Part shown: positions 44,632 through 57,658 of the stretch, piece after piece
Numbering within the stretch: position 1 is the first letter of the stretch
How the letters are laid out: the number at the start of each line of letters is the position of its first letter
Assembly: GCF_032191835.1 (NCBI RefSeq)
Contig: NC_083237.1
Span: forward strand, 66,774,001 to 66,838,000
Length of the DNA: 64,000 nt
From: Heteronotia binoei
Lineage: Eukaryota
Direction: 5' to 3'
Translations under genes and position numbers: made by a program
Notes under the pieces: generated by a model
Seen by the model: the letters and a program-made list of their open reading frames with translations, nothing else
Told to the model about the DNA's origin: nothing
Database searches by the model: none

Positions 44632-47600
44632 CGTTGTTTAGTAATACACTGAAACACTTTCAGTGTTACAAAGCAGGAAATGTATTCTTCATGGGATTTA
44701 ATTTCTCTGTAAGTTACTGCTTGTTATTTGTGGAGAGGTCTGTGGTATGCTGGCAGAACACCTTTGGGGGAGGAGTCTGGCTGTCCACATCAGGACTTAC
44801 TGATATATCCACCCTTTCCTGGCAAAATGGGTTGCTGGCCAGCAAAGTCCGTGATGTGGCAGCAGCTACTGTACCTTGCCTACCAGCTGATTTGTCAAAT
44901 GAATAACCTTCCCCATCACTTTTGTAATCTAGGATCACTTTCCCAGCGCAAGCGACTCAGAGCTCAAGGCCCTGGACAATGAGATTTCAGATCTGTCTGG
45001 CAAAGTGCAAACCCTCCAGCAGAACTGCTGTCTTATGGAGTCAGGTGTGTTCAGTCGGGTTGTCAGTCTGCTGCTCTGGCCTTGTATGAAATGTGGATGT
45101 GCCCGCTTGTGCTCCCAGACAGCATGTCACCTTTGTGAATGGAGTGTGCCTTGGCCGAAGTGCACAAACACGTCTGTGGTCTTTCCCACTGACAGATGCC
45201 ACATCTGCCGCTTTAACGAGCTATTCCATTTCAGAACTGAAAGAACTGAAGGGCTCTATGACAACCCCAGAGATGGTGAAAGAGATTGAAGAGTTAAAAA
45301 AAGATTGCGCCAATTATACAGAGAAACTGGAGCGGATTAAATCTGCTGCCAATCATGTGACCCCTGAGGAGAAAGAAAAGGTAACACGGCCGTAGCGGGA
45401 GGGCCCAGTAGCAGAGGCTAGCATGGTTTCTGGCTCCCCTTCTGCCGTTTCTCCCCCCTCCCCATTTAGGGGGCCCTTGTGGTGTTGTATGAACACAAGA
45501 CCCAAGAGATGCGTTAGGGCTGAGACTCATGAAAAAAAAATGACAACGTGCTTTGGTGCCTTCATGACATCTGGATGCCTACAGTACCAGCATTCATGGT
45601 CTGGCCAGCCTTGAAACTGAACCCAAGTTCATCCAGGCTGGATGAATTGAAGAAAGATGCCCACTTAATCAGGCACTTAAGACAACCAATGTGCCCTTTC
45701 TTTCACTGCCCTGCCTGTTCATTTGCTAAACAGTCTCTGCTTTTATAAAGGCAAGACTGTTTTCCATTTCTCTTTGTCCCTATTGTGAATGCTCCATTCC
45801 CTGTGTTGTTGTGCCTCTGGTTCTCAGCCTTCCCTAGCCATTCTGCTGGGTGCTAGGAATAAAAGAGCTCCTCTCTCTTGCTGGTTGCAGGTGTATAATG
45901 AGAAGAAACTGTATTGCAGAGAATGGCGACGCCGGAAGAGAATGGTGAGCAAGCGCTGTATCTGTACAAAGGTGGGAAGGAGGAATTGCATCCATAGCCC
46001 CCAAGAGGGATCTTCTCATCCCATGCTTGAGATCCTCATATTGTACTTGATGAGGCGGGAAACAGTGCCTTCGTGATAACTTACCATGTACAAATGCTGT
46101 TCTGGTTTGCATGCAGAGTCCTGATTTAGTGGCTTTCTGCTGAATCAGTTAAAGAGCAGCACATGGGTAGTCGTGTCCTGACTGGCAAATTCTGCCTCTT
46201 GTATCAAGTTGCCAGCCAGCTTGTTTTAGGAGGCATTTATTCCCAAATACCACCATCCCAGAACTAATCATCTCTCAACTCAGAAGCAGCATTTTCATTG
46301 TCACCATTTTAAAAGTTTAAAATGCAGTTGTCTCAAGATACAGGTGTGCACTGCATTGGCATGCCTGGGAATGTATTAACATGTCCTTACCGGGGAGGAG
46401 AGGGGGGACATGACAGCTCGTTATTTGCATGTGTAATGTCCCATCTTTTTCTCTGCAGGCGATTGCAAACAGTCACTTGCCTATCTGGCAGCTTCCCTTC
46501 AAGCCTATTTGGTTTTGCTCTTTCATATTCTGAGTTATATTCTGTATCTCCAGGGACTCTGTAATTGTCTGTAGAACAAGCTAGAGTTTTAAAAATGGAA
46601 ATATACTGGAATCTCAAGCCTCAGTTTGGGGTTTAAGAGGTGTGGGATGGCCTGCATGAGGTCAGGAAGGCTACCACACTTCTGTCGTTTTGCAAACTAC
46701 ATGAAAGTGCTCTCTTGAACAGTTGTTTTTCAAAGGCTTCAGGGCTGTATCGGTTCTGGAAGCTGCTGCTGTAAAAGGAATGGGTTTGTAGATTTTACTG
46801 CTGGGTATTGTGTGTGTTTCCTGTTGCTGCATGAACACATGAAGCTGCCTTATCTTGAAGCAGACCATCAGTCCACCAAAGTCAGTATTGCCTACTCAGA
46901 CTGGCAGGCAGGCATTCTCCAGGGTCTCAGGCTGAGGGCTTTCACATCATCTACCCCTTGATCCTTTTTCAAAACTGGGGATGCCAGAAACTGAACCTGG
47001 GACCTTCTGCATGCCAAGCAGAAGCTGTAACCACTGAGCCTGTCTGCATTATTCTGCTCTCACTGCATGGCATTTCTAGTTATGTAATGCCATTTGCTGG
47101 CCCTGCCTTTCTTTCTTTAGATGATTTGTATTCTGCCTTTTCCCAGAATGGGTTCAGGGCGGATAACATATTAAGTAACAATTCAGATTATACAATTAAA
47201 AACAGATAAAATGTATACTTTTTTACTATGTCATACTTTACTGATTTTTTTCAGAGGGCAGGGGGCGGAGGAGCAGCTTGCTACCACGATTTCTAAACCT
47301 GCCCTTACAAGTCAGCCTGCAATCCCTTGCATGGTGGTGGTTTCAGAGATGACATTTATATCCCGCCCTCCACCCTGAATCGCAGAGCAGCTCCCAATCT
47401 CCTTTCCCTTCCTCCCCCACAACAGGCACCCTGTGGGGTGGGTGGGGCTGAGAGGGCTCTCACAGCAGCTGCCCTTTCAAGGACAACCTCTGCCAGAGCT
47501 ATGGCTGACCCAAGGCCATTCCAGCAGGTGCAAGTGGAGGAGTGGGGAATCAAACCTGGTTCTCCCAGATAAAAGAGCTATGGCTGACTCAAGGCCATTC

Positions 47601-49475
47601 CAGCAGCTGCAAGCGGAGGAGTGGGGAATCAAACCCAGTCCTCCCAGATAAGAGAGTTCTGGCTGACCCAAGGCCATTCCAGCAGGTGCAAGAGAAGGAG
47701 TGGGAAATCCAACCTGGTTCTCCCAGATAAGAGAGCTATGGCTGACCCAAGGCCATTCCAGCAGGTGCAAGAGGAGTGGGGAATGCAACCTGGTTCTCCC
47801 AGATAAGAGAGCTCTGGCTGACCCAAGGCCATTCCAGCAGGTGCAAGGGGAGGAGTGGGGAAATCAAACCCGGTTCTGCCAGATAAGAGAGCTATGGCTG
47901 ACCCAAGGCCATTCCAGCAGGTGCAAGAGGAGTGGGGAATGCAACCTGGTTCTCCCAGATAAGAGAGCTCTGGCTGACCCAAGGCCATTCCAGCAGGTGC
48001 AAGTGGAGGAGTGGGGAATCAAACCCGGTTCTCCCAGATAAGAGCTCTGGCTGACCCAAGGCCATGCTAGCAGGTGCAAGTGGAGGAGTGGGGAATCAAA
48101 CCCGGTTCTGCCAGATAAGAGAGCTATGGCTGACCCAAGGCCATTCCAGCAGGTGCAAGAGGAGTGGGGAATGTAACCTGGTTCTCCCAGATAAGAGTCC
48201 GCGCACTTAACCACTACACCAGACTGGCTCTCCTACAAACACCCTGCGGGGTGGGTGGGGCTGGAGAGGGCTCTCACAGCAGCTGCCCTTTCAAGAGAGT
48301 CTCAGAGCGGCTCACAATCTCCTTTACCTTCCTCCCCAACAGACACCCTGTGAGGTGGGTGGGGCTGGAGAGGGCTCTCACAGCAGCTGCCCTTTCAAGG
48401 ACAACCTCTGCCAGAGCTATGGCTGACCCAAGGCCATTCCAGCAAGTGGAGGAGTGGGGAATCAAACCCGGTTCTCCCAGATAAGAGAGCTCTGGCTGAC
48501 CCGAGGCCATTCCAGCAGCTGCAAGTGGAGGAGTGGGGAATCCAACCCGGTTCTCCCAGATAAGAGAGCTCTGGCTGACCCAAGGCCATTCCAGCAGCTG
48601 CAAGGGGAGGAGTGGGGAATCAAACCCGGTTCTCCTAGATAAGAGAGATCTGGCTGACCCAAGGCCATTCCAGCAGCTGCAAGTGGAGGAGTGGGGAATC
48701 AAACCCGGTTCTCCCAGATAAGAGAGCTATGGCTGACCCAAGGCCATTCCAGCAGCTGCAAGTGGAGGAGTGGGGAATCAAACCCGGTTCTCCCGGATAA
48801 GAGAGCTCTGACTGACCCAAGGCCATTCCAGCAGGTGCAAGTGGAGGAGTGGGGAATCAAACCCGGTTCTCCCAGATAAGAGTCCATGCACTCAACCACT
48901 ACACCAAACTGGCAGCTGTATTGTCAAAGGGCAGCCATATTGGTCTGCAGAAGAGCTAGATTCTAAGAAGCAAGCTGTTGCAAGTTGTTGACTCTCATAT
49001 TCAGTAGTACTTTAGAGACCAACTGGGTACCTGATGAAGGCAGCTTTGACTTTCAAAAATTCAGATCTGGAGAATCTTGTTGGGTCTTTCTAGCTCTTTT
49101 ATGGTGGATAAATTATTTCTGTATTGTATACCTACAGGACTATCTTGTCATGAGAGTCTGGGGCCTGTGCTGTAATATTTCCTCAGTTGGAAGGTATAAA
49201 TACTAAGATGTGTGTCTTGTCTCTTTAGGCAACAGAGCTACTTGATGCAATCTTGGAAGGCTATCCTAAAAGCAAGAAGCAGTTCTTTGTGAGTACATAT
49301 GACTTCATTTGACGTGGCCATAGAGACTGTTCTTGCTAATGTGCTGTATCTTAGACCAGCTACAGAACACATTTGTCTGCCATGAATCTTAAGGGATGCG
49401 TGTTTTTTTGTTGTTAAGGAGGAAGTTGGCATTGAGACTGATGAAGATTTCCATGTTACTTTACCTCCCATCTGA
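43531..49475 (+). CDS. PSMC3IP: PSMC3-interacting protein / HOP2, complete, 220 aa. Exons: 43531-43561, 43641-43753, 44110-44199, 44933-45044, 45235-45380, 45891-45944, 49229-49288, 49419-49475
   Basis: Peptides include ILLRYLREQNRPHSAQD, GKIKEKVYGKQKIYF, EWRRRKRM and GYPKSKKQFFEEVGIETDED. The eight GT-AG exons total 663 nt and end in TGA. Confidence 0.96.
47345..48912 (-). repeat. Two consecutive Squam2-like SINEs with internal ~79-bp tandem arrays (about 9 and 6 units), in PSMC3IP intron 6
   Basis: The unit CTCTGGCTGACCCAAGGCCATTCCAGCAGGTGCAAGTGGAGGAGTGGGGAATCAAACCCGGTTCTCCCAGATAAGAGAG recurs. Each array ends in the tRNA head (..CACTTAACCACTACACCA). Confidence 0.9.
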
Positions 49476-50290
49476 ATTAAGGGCTCTTCTGGTACACGAA
49501 ACAGCAGCCACCTATTTAGCATTCATCTTCCATCTCTGTAAATTTTTTTTAATCCTTTGCATGCAGAAGGGGGGGGGGAAGCAGCCCCTACGAAACTCCC
49601 TACTAATTCCAGTTGTCCTCCCCAAGCGTCTGGGGCTGATTGTCATTTTATTCTTCAAGCTGTTTGTTCCACTATGTTGGATTGTTGGTAAGGACTGGAG
49701 AAAATGGTGGTGGTAAATAAATATTTAAATTGCTCTGAGAGCCGAGTCATTTCTTTGGGTAATATTATTTATCCATTTGTGAATTGCCCAATCCCTGCTA
49801 CTGCAGGCCTCTGGACATAAGGTTAAATACATTATAAAAACAGATGGCGAGTACAATTCTTTGTTCCAGTATGCGAATTACAGACTGCCAGCCACTCTGT
49901 GAGCAGGGGGAAAGGGGAAGCAGACAGGAAGAGCAGTGGAGGATGCCAGCCAGGATGGAAACCATTGCTGTCCTCAACCAAAAGCCTGGGGAATATCTCT
50001 GCTTTGCAGGCCCTGCAGAACTGCATAAGATCCCAAAGAGCCCTGATGGAATTTGGCAGAGAGCTCCACCAGGGTGGGGCCAGGACTAACCTAGTTGAGG
50101 AGAATCTTTAAGCATGTGTATGATGTGGGAGGCCTGTTCCTCTGGCTTTTACATCTGTGTTTTCTTTATATGATCATGTTGAATGGCAACAAAACTCAGA
50201 CCTGAACTGCAGTGGCTTCTGGTTCAAAAGAACAAAGCTTAGCACTGGGGCCTTCTGGTAGGTCAACATACATCAGGCATAAACACAAGT

Positions 50291-50310
50291 AATAAACGCC
50301 AAACTTTATT
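50291..50310. terminator. Opposed AATAAA signals: + at 50291-50296 (PSMC3IP, distal) and - at 50305-50310 (MLX)
   Basis: The sequence AATAAAcgccaaacTTTATT lies between the convergent stop codons. A proximal + AATAAA also lies at 49716-49721. Confidence 0.55.
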
Positions 50311-51129
50311 AGAACTGCTTATTATATTATAAAAATGTTTTTAAATTTTCACAGCTGAGGTCTGTTTAAGTCCAGAAAGGGGGTACCTCTGAAAGGGCTT
50401 ATTGTCTTTATAATGGAAAAAAGAAACAGAAAGCAGCAGTTCCCTCGAGGTTAGCTTCGTCTTACTGGTGCTTGGAAGGACTGAAAATACTTCTTCCCCT
50501 TTCAGCCGTGAATGACCCTGAGGGCCAGGTGTGTTCATAAACATACCAGACCACTGAACTTAAAATAGGGCCCTAAACACACGAGAGGATTTGATAAATC
50601 AATTAAGGAAAAATGAACAAAAGCTTAAAGCTTTTTCAAAGAACTGGGCTTTAGAGTTGCTATGTGCTCTGAATTTTGCTTTCCCTAGCACACCAAGTTG
50701 CATACACAAAAGTCTGCTTTAAAGTTGCTTGTTTCTAGTTAACATCTTTAAAGCCAAGATTCACGTGACAGTTTAAGATTACAGCTTTAGATCGAGTTGA
50801 GGGGAAGGATTCGGAGGAAGTCTGTGCCTTTGAGAAAGGAGCCAGACTCCTTGTAGAGTCCTGGGGCTGGCGGCATGTTGTAGATGAACTTCTCAGAAAT
50901 GCAGGTCTAACGCAACAGAGACAAGGCTCAGAAGCAAGCCACTGCAGTTGTTGACTCTCAAAGATATTCATTGGCTAGCTGGAGCTCACTTGAAGGGCCA
51001 CAAGTGAAGAGTAATTCAGAAGAAAATACAGTCAGTAGGTCTATCAAAAACTCAAAGAGGAAGGAGCATCATCTTTCTTGTCCCCATACAGCTATGTACC
51101 TCTTAGGCTACCAGACATGAAAGTGAGGG

Positions 51130-54100
51130 TTAGTAGAGCTGGCTCTTCAGTTGTTGTAGGACGCTGATTACTATATCCCGCAGGGTCTGGAAATAGACAA
51201 TTCACAGCAAGAACAGTCAAGGAGGAGTGGGAAGACAGGCTAGGATTAAAAACTGAAAAGACTCCTGTCCAGTGACAGTGAGGCAGCCCTGAGAAGGGGA
51301 ACACTCTTTGTTTTTCCCTTTGTAATACAACAGTAGGAAGAACAGCCAGAACTGTTCCCCAAAGCTATGCTGAACGGTTCCGTCTCAGACTGGTTTGGCA
51401 GTGTCTTGAGAATCTTACAACTTAAAAATAATTTTCTAGACCACACGTTGGCAAATAAATGTTTGCTTAAAGTTAAGCAAACCTCCTGAGTATTTTCTTC
51501 TACTGTCCTAAACATGAAACAAGTGAAAGATTCCTTAGAAAACGTCTGTTGAAATATTAATCTTTTCCTGATACTCAAGATTAATGCTACTTTTGAGCAA
51601 CCTCTTTTTAAATTCCGAACATTTTATGGTATATGGCTTATGGGCTATTAAACCTAAATAAATAAACTGAAACTGAGTAAGCAGAGCTGTGTCTTCTACA
51701 TGATCAGAAAAATGTTTTATATTCACATCTTCTGAAAAATTAGTTTAAACACCTAAAACTCTCATGATTTCTGATTAGTGACTCTGGACTAAAACGTTTG
51801 ATGAAACTACTACTTTCTCTAATGGACAAGTTGGGCAGAGATGGAGGATATTTTAAGGCTGCTCTTAGGGATAAAGAAAATACAGACATTCTGTATAATC
51901 ACTAGTGCCTGAGCGCGGAGATCACTAAAGGTAGGCAGTGCAACTGGACCTTACCTGTGGCTTGCAGTGTTCCTCGATCCAACTGAAGACACAGGCTGAG
52001 AGTTCCTGAAAGCTTGTCACTGAGATGGAGGCATTGAAGGACTGGAAGAGGGAGTCCATGATGCCTTGGAAAACGTTGAATTTCACCTGATCAGAGACCT
52101 GGTTCTTCCCCTCGTTAGGGTTGTCCTGATGAGCTTTGACTATCTGTTCATAGTTCCTGAAATGCATGAAGGTTTGCTGTGAGCTTAAGGGAAAGCGCAG
52201 GGCCTAACTTTTGGGCTTGGAGAGAGAGCCCGTGTCCAGAGTCTACCAGAGTCAAGCTGCTGAGAAACAGGCTCACACTCTCAAGACAGAAAGAAAGGAG
52301 CCTTTTGTTCACAATTCAGAGTTTCCTCTCCAATATTCAAAGGGAGGCTAGTATTGAAGCAGGATATTTCTACATGTGTGTGAATGTTTCTGTAAGCACA
52401 CAAGGCCTTACACTTTCATGATTTTCAAGGCCATCACATCTTTCCGGAGTATGGAGACCTCTTCTTCCTGCTTCTTCTTTTCCTTGTGCAAGAACTGAAT
52501 ATAGTCAATAGCTAAGGAAGGAAGGAAGAAGGGTGATAGGTTAGAGAGCCTTAGGAGCCAGCTGGTTCTGGGGGAAGGGTGCTTCACTGGCCCTGCCACC
52601 TCCATCCTCAGGAGACAAAACACCTTGACCAGCACTAAGAGTCCCTCACTCAGAGTACAGAAAAGAGTCACCAGGCGACTGGGAAGTCATGACAACAATA
52701 AGATTACTGCCGGGGGGGGGGGGGCGGCAGCTAGAGTGACATTCTTTCCCTCCAGCACACCCTTGCCCCTTTTACTCACTCTTCTGTAGCACAATTGCCT
52801 TGCTGAGCTTCTGAGAGCCTATTGAGAAATCCTGCTGCTGACACGTGGGCACAATCGCTTGCAAGTCGTCATAGCCTTTCTGGAAGAGGAGCAGAGCGGC
52901 ATTAAAGTCAAGGCCAGGCTATCCCACAAGGCAAAGGAATTGAATACCAGCAGTCGTGTCACACCCACAGTGTGCGTGTGTGTTCCCTTTCCATGTTCCT
53001 CTGAAAGAGGAGCAGCACACATAAAGGAATGCAGGACAGAACTGGGCTGAGGCTCATTCCGAATTCTCACCTTAATGGCATCCCTCCTCTTCTGCTCTGC
53101 CTGGGTGTGAGCACGACGACGACGGTCCTTGTATATTTCTTTATAGGTCTCCTGCTGGTAGTCGGAGTCTTCGTCATCTGCAGCAGGAGAACAGTCTTTG
53201 TCAACTAAGGGGACAAGGCAGAGGGAAGGGATCTGAGGGAAATACTTGCAGGGGCTCCAGCCACTCCTGACCCACAAGACTGCAGGGGGCTCAAGCGGCT
53301 TAGTCGCTTTTGAGAAATTCTTTCGAGGGGGGGGGGGAACCAGGAACAAACGCACTTATGACTCTTCACCCTTCTCAATGTAATCAACTTCCATGGCCCT
53401 GAGAGAAGGAGGAAGGGGAAAAGCCCAGAGCCTCAGGCCTGCCGGCACCTTGTAAATTAAGGGACAAGCTGACTCAGCCACATAAAACCAGAAGTGCCAC
53501 TTGCAAGAATCACTACCCAACATCAGTAACAGCCGTGGCATGAAGCCACATTTTGCACAAGACAGTGCCCCAGTATTGCTTTTATTCCGTGTGATCTTCC
53601 CTACTGGGAACACTGGCCCCCCTTTGCATGCAGCGACTCAGAGGGAATAAGGTGGGTACTCCTATCTGTTGCACAGCTGCGGTTTCCCCCAACCGTGGCA
53701 ATCCCAGAGAGAGGGGAGCCAACGATTCCTTACCTGTATTTGGAACAGAAGAGGCACTAGTGGAGCCAATGCTGTTAGCCCGAGAAACGATGCTCCCTTT
53801 CCTCCTGCTTTCCGCGAAAAGAGCTGAAAACGGCAGAGAACATCTGACCAAGTGTGCTGGTCCACATCCATGAACTGACTACCTCTTAATACTCTTCAGC
53901 TGCTCTTTTCTATTGGCAGTCAGGGTGACTAAGCAGAAAGACCAAGGGATTCCCTTCCCCCCCATACTTTCAGGGCATCTGGAGTCAAATTCTAATCAGC
54001 TTCACTGATGAAGCTACGGGATAGCAGCTACTCTAACGAAACCAATGCAGAAGGCAGGAACGTGTTCAGAACGGTGTATGTGGTCAGTGCTGAATACCCC

Positions 54101-55834
54101 ACAACACAAAGGGGACCACAGCTTCAGTCACCGTAGCCACCCCACCCCTTACAATCCTCCCTCTCAACAGCTTGCTTCATGTGACACTTTGGAAGCACTC
54201 AAAACCTGTGATGTTACACTCAAATGAGACCTTCATAGAATCACAGAGTTGGAAAAGGCCATACAGACCATCTAGCCCAACCCCCTGCTGCATGCAGGAT
54301 CAGCCTAAAGCATCTCTGACAAATAATCATCCAGTCACATTTTGAAGATTGTGAATGAAGGGGAGCTTCCTTGGCAGCTGGTTCCACCTCTGAACTACTC
54401 TGACTGCAATTGCCCCCTCCCTAATATCCAGTCAGTACCTTTCTGCTTGTAATTTGAGCCCATTACTTCAGGTCCTATCCTCGGCAGCCAAATGGAACAG
54501 CTCCTTCCTCTCCTCTAAATGACAGCCTTTCAAATATTGAGAGAGCGCCATCATGTCCCCCCTCAGTCTCCTCTTCTCCAGACTGAACCTTCCCAAGGCC
54601 CTCAGCCTTTCCTCAGAGGGTTCTTCCTCCAGGCCCTTGATCATCCTCGTTGCTCTCTTCTGCACCCACTCCATTTTGTCCACATCTTTTTTGAAGTGAA
54701 CCTTATTCCATTCCTGCTGCCAGAATGGGGCAGGGGTGGGGAGGAGAGGAAGTATCATTCTGACCTAAGGTGCCCTTTGAAAGTATTCTGAATACTTCCA
54801 AAGCTCAACCAAGCCAGAAAGAAAATCTGGCTCCTGCACTTTGTCTGTACAAAAAACTGAGGAGCGTCGGGGTGAGCAGCAAGCACAAATATGATCTGGC
54901 TATGGAGAGCAGCTGACGTGTGAGGCAAGGAACCAGCACCTGCCAAAGACCCGCCAGTCAGAGGAGGAGGAGCAGGACTTAGAAAGATTTAGCAAGAGTG
55001 CAAACAATCAAGTCAGGAAGGGCAACTAGCGCAGGTGTTACCAGGGAGGTGGGTTCAAACACATGCTGTAAAGACCCCTGGGTGACCCTTGGCCAGTCAT
55101 AGACTCTGGCCCACTTCACAAGCTTCCTGAGAGGCTAAAAAGGGTGGTGTCTGCCAGTCTGAGCTTCTGGGTGGAAGGGAAGGAGAAACATAACCGAGAC
55201 AGGTATTACCAGGCACTTACCAGGATCCAGCCCGTTGTCACTAAAGGATGGGTCGACCTGCTTTGTTGTGCCAAAAGAGAAAAATTAGTTTCCCCTTCCA
55301 ATGGAGTCAAGTATGAACAGATGTCTCCTGAACTATGGTTAAGTTTTAAAAGTGCTTTGCCAGGGGGTTGGCAGGCCTAAAATTCCACAGAGTTTTTCTA
55401 CAACCAGATTGCAAAATCTCTAGAACGAATGCACGAAGAGTTATGCTCAACAAGCGCGCCACAATATCACACAGAACAATACTGCGAATAAGGAAATCAG
55501 AAACTTGCAGCCATTTCAGTGTTCCTGGCCACATGACCGCTGCATTTAGCCTCTTTCAAAACAGGCAGCCCCACTGAGGATGCAAACTCCCGAGAAGGGA
55601 GCTCTGCACACAAAGGGGATTTGGGGGAAAAAAGGGGAAGGAGACAACACCCCTCCCAGGTTTGGGGGAATGGCCCCGCAAGAGAGCAATGCGCTGGGCT
55701 GGGCTGCAACGGGGAGCTGCGGAGGGCCCGGCCGGATCCCAGCAGGGAAGCCCACCCCGCCCCTCCCGCTCCGGCCGCGCACTCACTTTGCCCCCCCAGG
55801 GCTCCTCCGGGGAGACGCTCGGCGGCTCCACCAT
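51130..55834 (-). CDS. MLX: MAX-like protein X (bHLH-Zip), complete, 246 aa. Exons: 55834-55787, 55257-55221, 53823-53734, 53177-53071, 52879-52780, 52511-52412, 52156-51955, 51186-51130
   Basis: Peptides include SRANSIGSTSASSVPNT, the bHLH RRRRAHTQAEQKRRDAIKKGYDDLQ..KLSKAIVLQKTIDYIQFL and WIEEHCKPQ. The eight GT-AG exons total 741 nt and end in TAA. Confidence 0.96.
54235..54700 (-). mobile_element. CR1 3' fragment in MLX intron 2
   Basis: The ORF KMEWVQKRATRMIKGLE..LGRFSLEKRRLRGDM is CR1 ORF2. Confidence 0.85.
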
Positions 55835-55931
55835 CTTGGCCCTCCGAGTCACGTGCCGGCCGGGCCCAGCCAATCCGCCTCCTGGGAGGCCACTTCCGGG
55901 AAGGGCTGGCCGGGCACTTCCGGGCAAGGAG
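55700..55931 (-). promoter_or_regulatory. MLX core promoter / small CpG island
   Basis: Within about 97 bp upstream of the ATG there is an E-box CACGTG (~55850), a CCAAT (~55870) and two ETS-like CACTTCCGG sites (~55891, ~55915). A YY1-like GCCAAGATGG spans the ATG. Confidence 0.7.
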
Positions 55932-56998
55932 TAGGGTCGCCAAGTCCAATGCAAGAAATAGCTGGGGACTTTGGGGGTGGAGCCAGGAGACTTTGAGGGT
56001 GGGGCCAGGAGACACTGGGGGTGGAGCTAGGGTTGCCAAGTCCAATTCAAGAAATATCTGGGGACTTTGGGGGTGGAGCCAGGAGCCTTTGGGGGGGGAG
56101 CCAGGAGACACTGGGGGTGGAGCTAGGGTTGCCAAGTCCAATTCAAGAAATATCTGGGGACTTTGGGGGTGGAGCCAGGAGACTTTGAGGGTGGGGCCAG
56201 GAGACACTGGGGGTGGAGCTAGGGTTGCCAAGTCCAATTCAAGAAATATCTGGCGACTTTGGGGGTGGAGCCAGGAGACTTTGAGGGTGGGGCCAGGAGA
56301 CTTTGGGGGTGGAGCTAGGGTTGCCAAGTCCAAATCAAGAAATAGCTGGGGACGTTGGGGGTGGAGCCAGGAGACTTTGGGGGTGGAGCTAGGGTTGCCA
56401 AGTCCAAATCAAGAAATATCTGGGGACGTTGGGGGTGGAGCCAGGAGACTTTGGGGGTGGAGCTAGGGTTGCCAAGTCCAATTCAAGAAATAGCTGGGGA
56501 CTTTGGGGGTGGAGCCAGGAGTCTTTGGGGGTGGGGCCAGGAGACTTTGGGGGTGGAGCTGGGAGCAAGGGCGTGACAAGCATAATTGAACTCCAAAGGG
56601 AGTTCTGGCCATCACATTTAAAGGGGCGGCACACCTTTTTAAATGCCTTCCTTCCATAGGAAATAATGAAAGATAGGGGCACCTTCTTTGGGGGCTCATA
56701 GAATCGGACCCCCTGTTCCAATCCTTTTGAAACTTGGGAATTATTTTGGGGAGAGGTGCTGGATGCTATACTGGAAATTCGGCGCCTCTACCTCAAAAAA
56801 CAGCCCCCCCCCCAGAGCCCCAAATACCCACAAATCAATTATCTATTCTTTCCTATGGGAATAAGTCTCCATAGGGAATAATAGAGTTCCCGGGAGACAT
56901 TCCCCTCCCCTCCCCCCGCTTTCTGATGACCCTGAAGCGGTGGGAGGGTCTCCAAACCAGGGGATCCCCTACCCCCACCTGGGGATTTATCAACCCTA
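55932..56998. mobile_element. hAT (Blackjack-like) MITE with its left terminal segment amplified 7 times
   Basis: TIR copies start at 55932, 56028, 56124, 56220, 56316 (96-bp period), 56390 and 56464 (74-bp period). The right end is at 56998. The flanks GCAAGGAG and TCCAGGAG are a 6/8 TSD match. Confidence 0.88.
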
Positions 56999-57150
56999 TC
57001 CAGGAGGCTTTCCTCCAGTTGAGGGGTTTTAAAGTTGCGAGGAGAAAATATGTTTCAGGTCAGGTTTCCAGGCCTGCTCCGACAGCATAGCTGGTGGCAC
57101 TTGCTTTTGTGAGGGATAGAACAAAGTAGGAATCAAGTGGACCTTTAAGA

Positions 57151-57658
57151 TAGGGTTGCCAATCCCCAGGTGGGGGCAGGGGATCCCCTGGTTTGGAGGC
57201 CCTCCCCTGGGGGGAGGGGAGGGAAATATCTGCTGGGAACTTTATTATTCCCTATGGAGATGTATTCCCATAGGAAACAATGGAGAATGGATCCGCGAGT
57301 ATCTGGGGCTCTGGGGGGGCTGTTTTTTGAGGTAGAGGCACCAAATTTGCAGCGTAGCATCTGGTGCCTCTTCTCAAAATACCCTCCAAGTTTTAAAAGG
57401 ATTGGACCAGGGGGTCCAATTCTATGTGCCGCAAAAGAAGGTGCCCCTATCCTTCATTATTTCCTATGGAAGGAAGGCATTGAAAAGGTGTTTGGTCCCT
57501 TGAAAAGTCATGGCCAGAACTCCCTTTGGAGTTCAATTGTGCTTGTCACAGCCTTGCTCCTGGCTCCACCCTCAATGTCTCCAGGCTCCACCCCCAAAGT
57601 CTCCTGGCTCCACCCCCAAAGTCCCCAGATATTTCTTGAATTGGATTTGGCAACCCTA
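57151..57658. mobile_element. hAT (Blackjack-like) MITE inserted into a Penelope-like remnant
   Basis: The TIRs are TAGGGTTGCCAA..TTGGCAACCCTA, with a perfect TSD CTTTAAGA at 57143-57150 and 57659-57666. Confidence 0.92.

Noticed and set aside
54008-54045. CTGATGA...GAAAC hammerhead-like string in MLX intron 2
   Set aside because: Stem II is interrupted by extra bases and there is no valid helix III or cleavage triplet.
55497-56466. 278-aa and 281-aa repetitive ORFs
   Set aside because: They are translations of the tandem 96-bp MITE units (divisible by 3) plus a GC island, with no protein signature.
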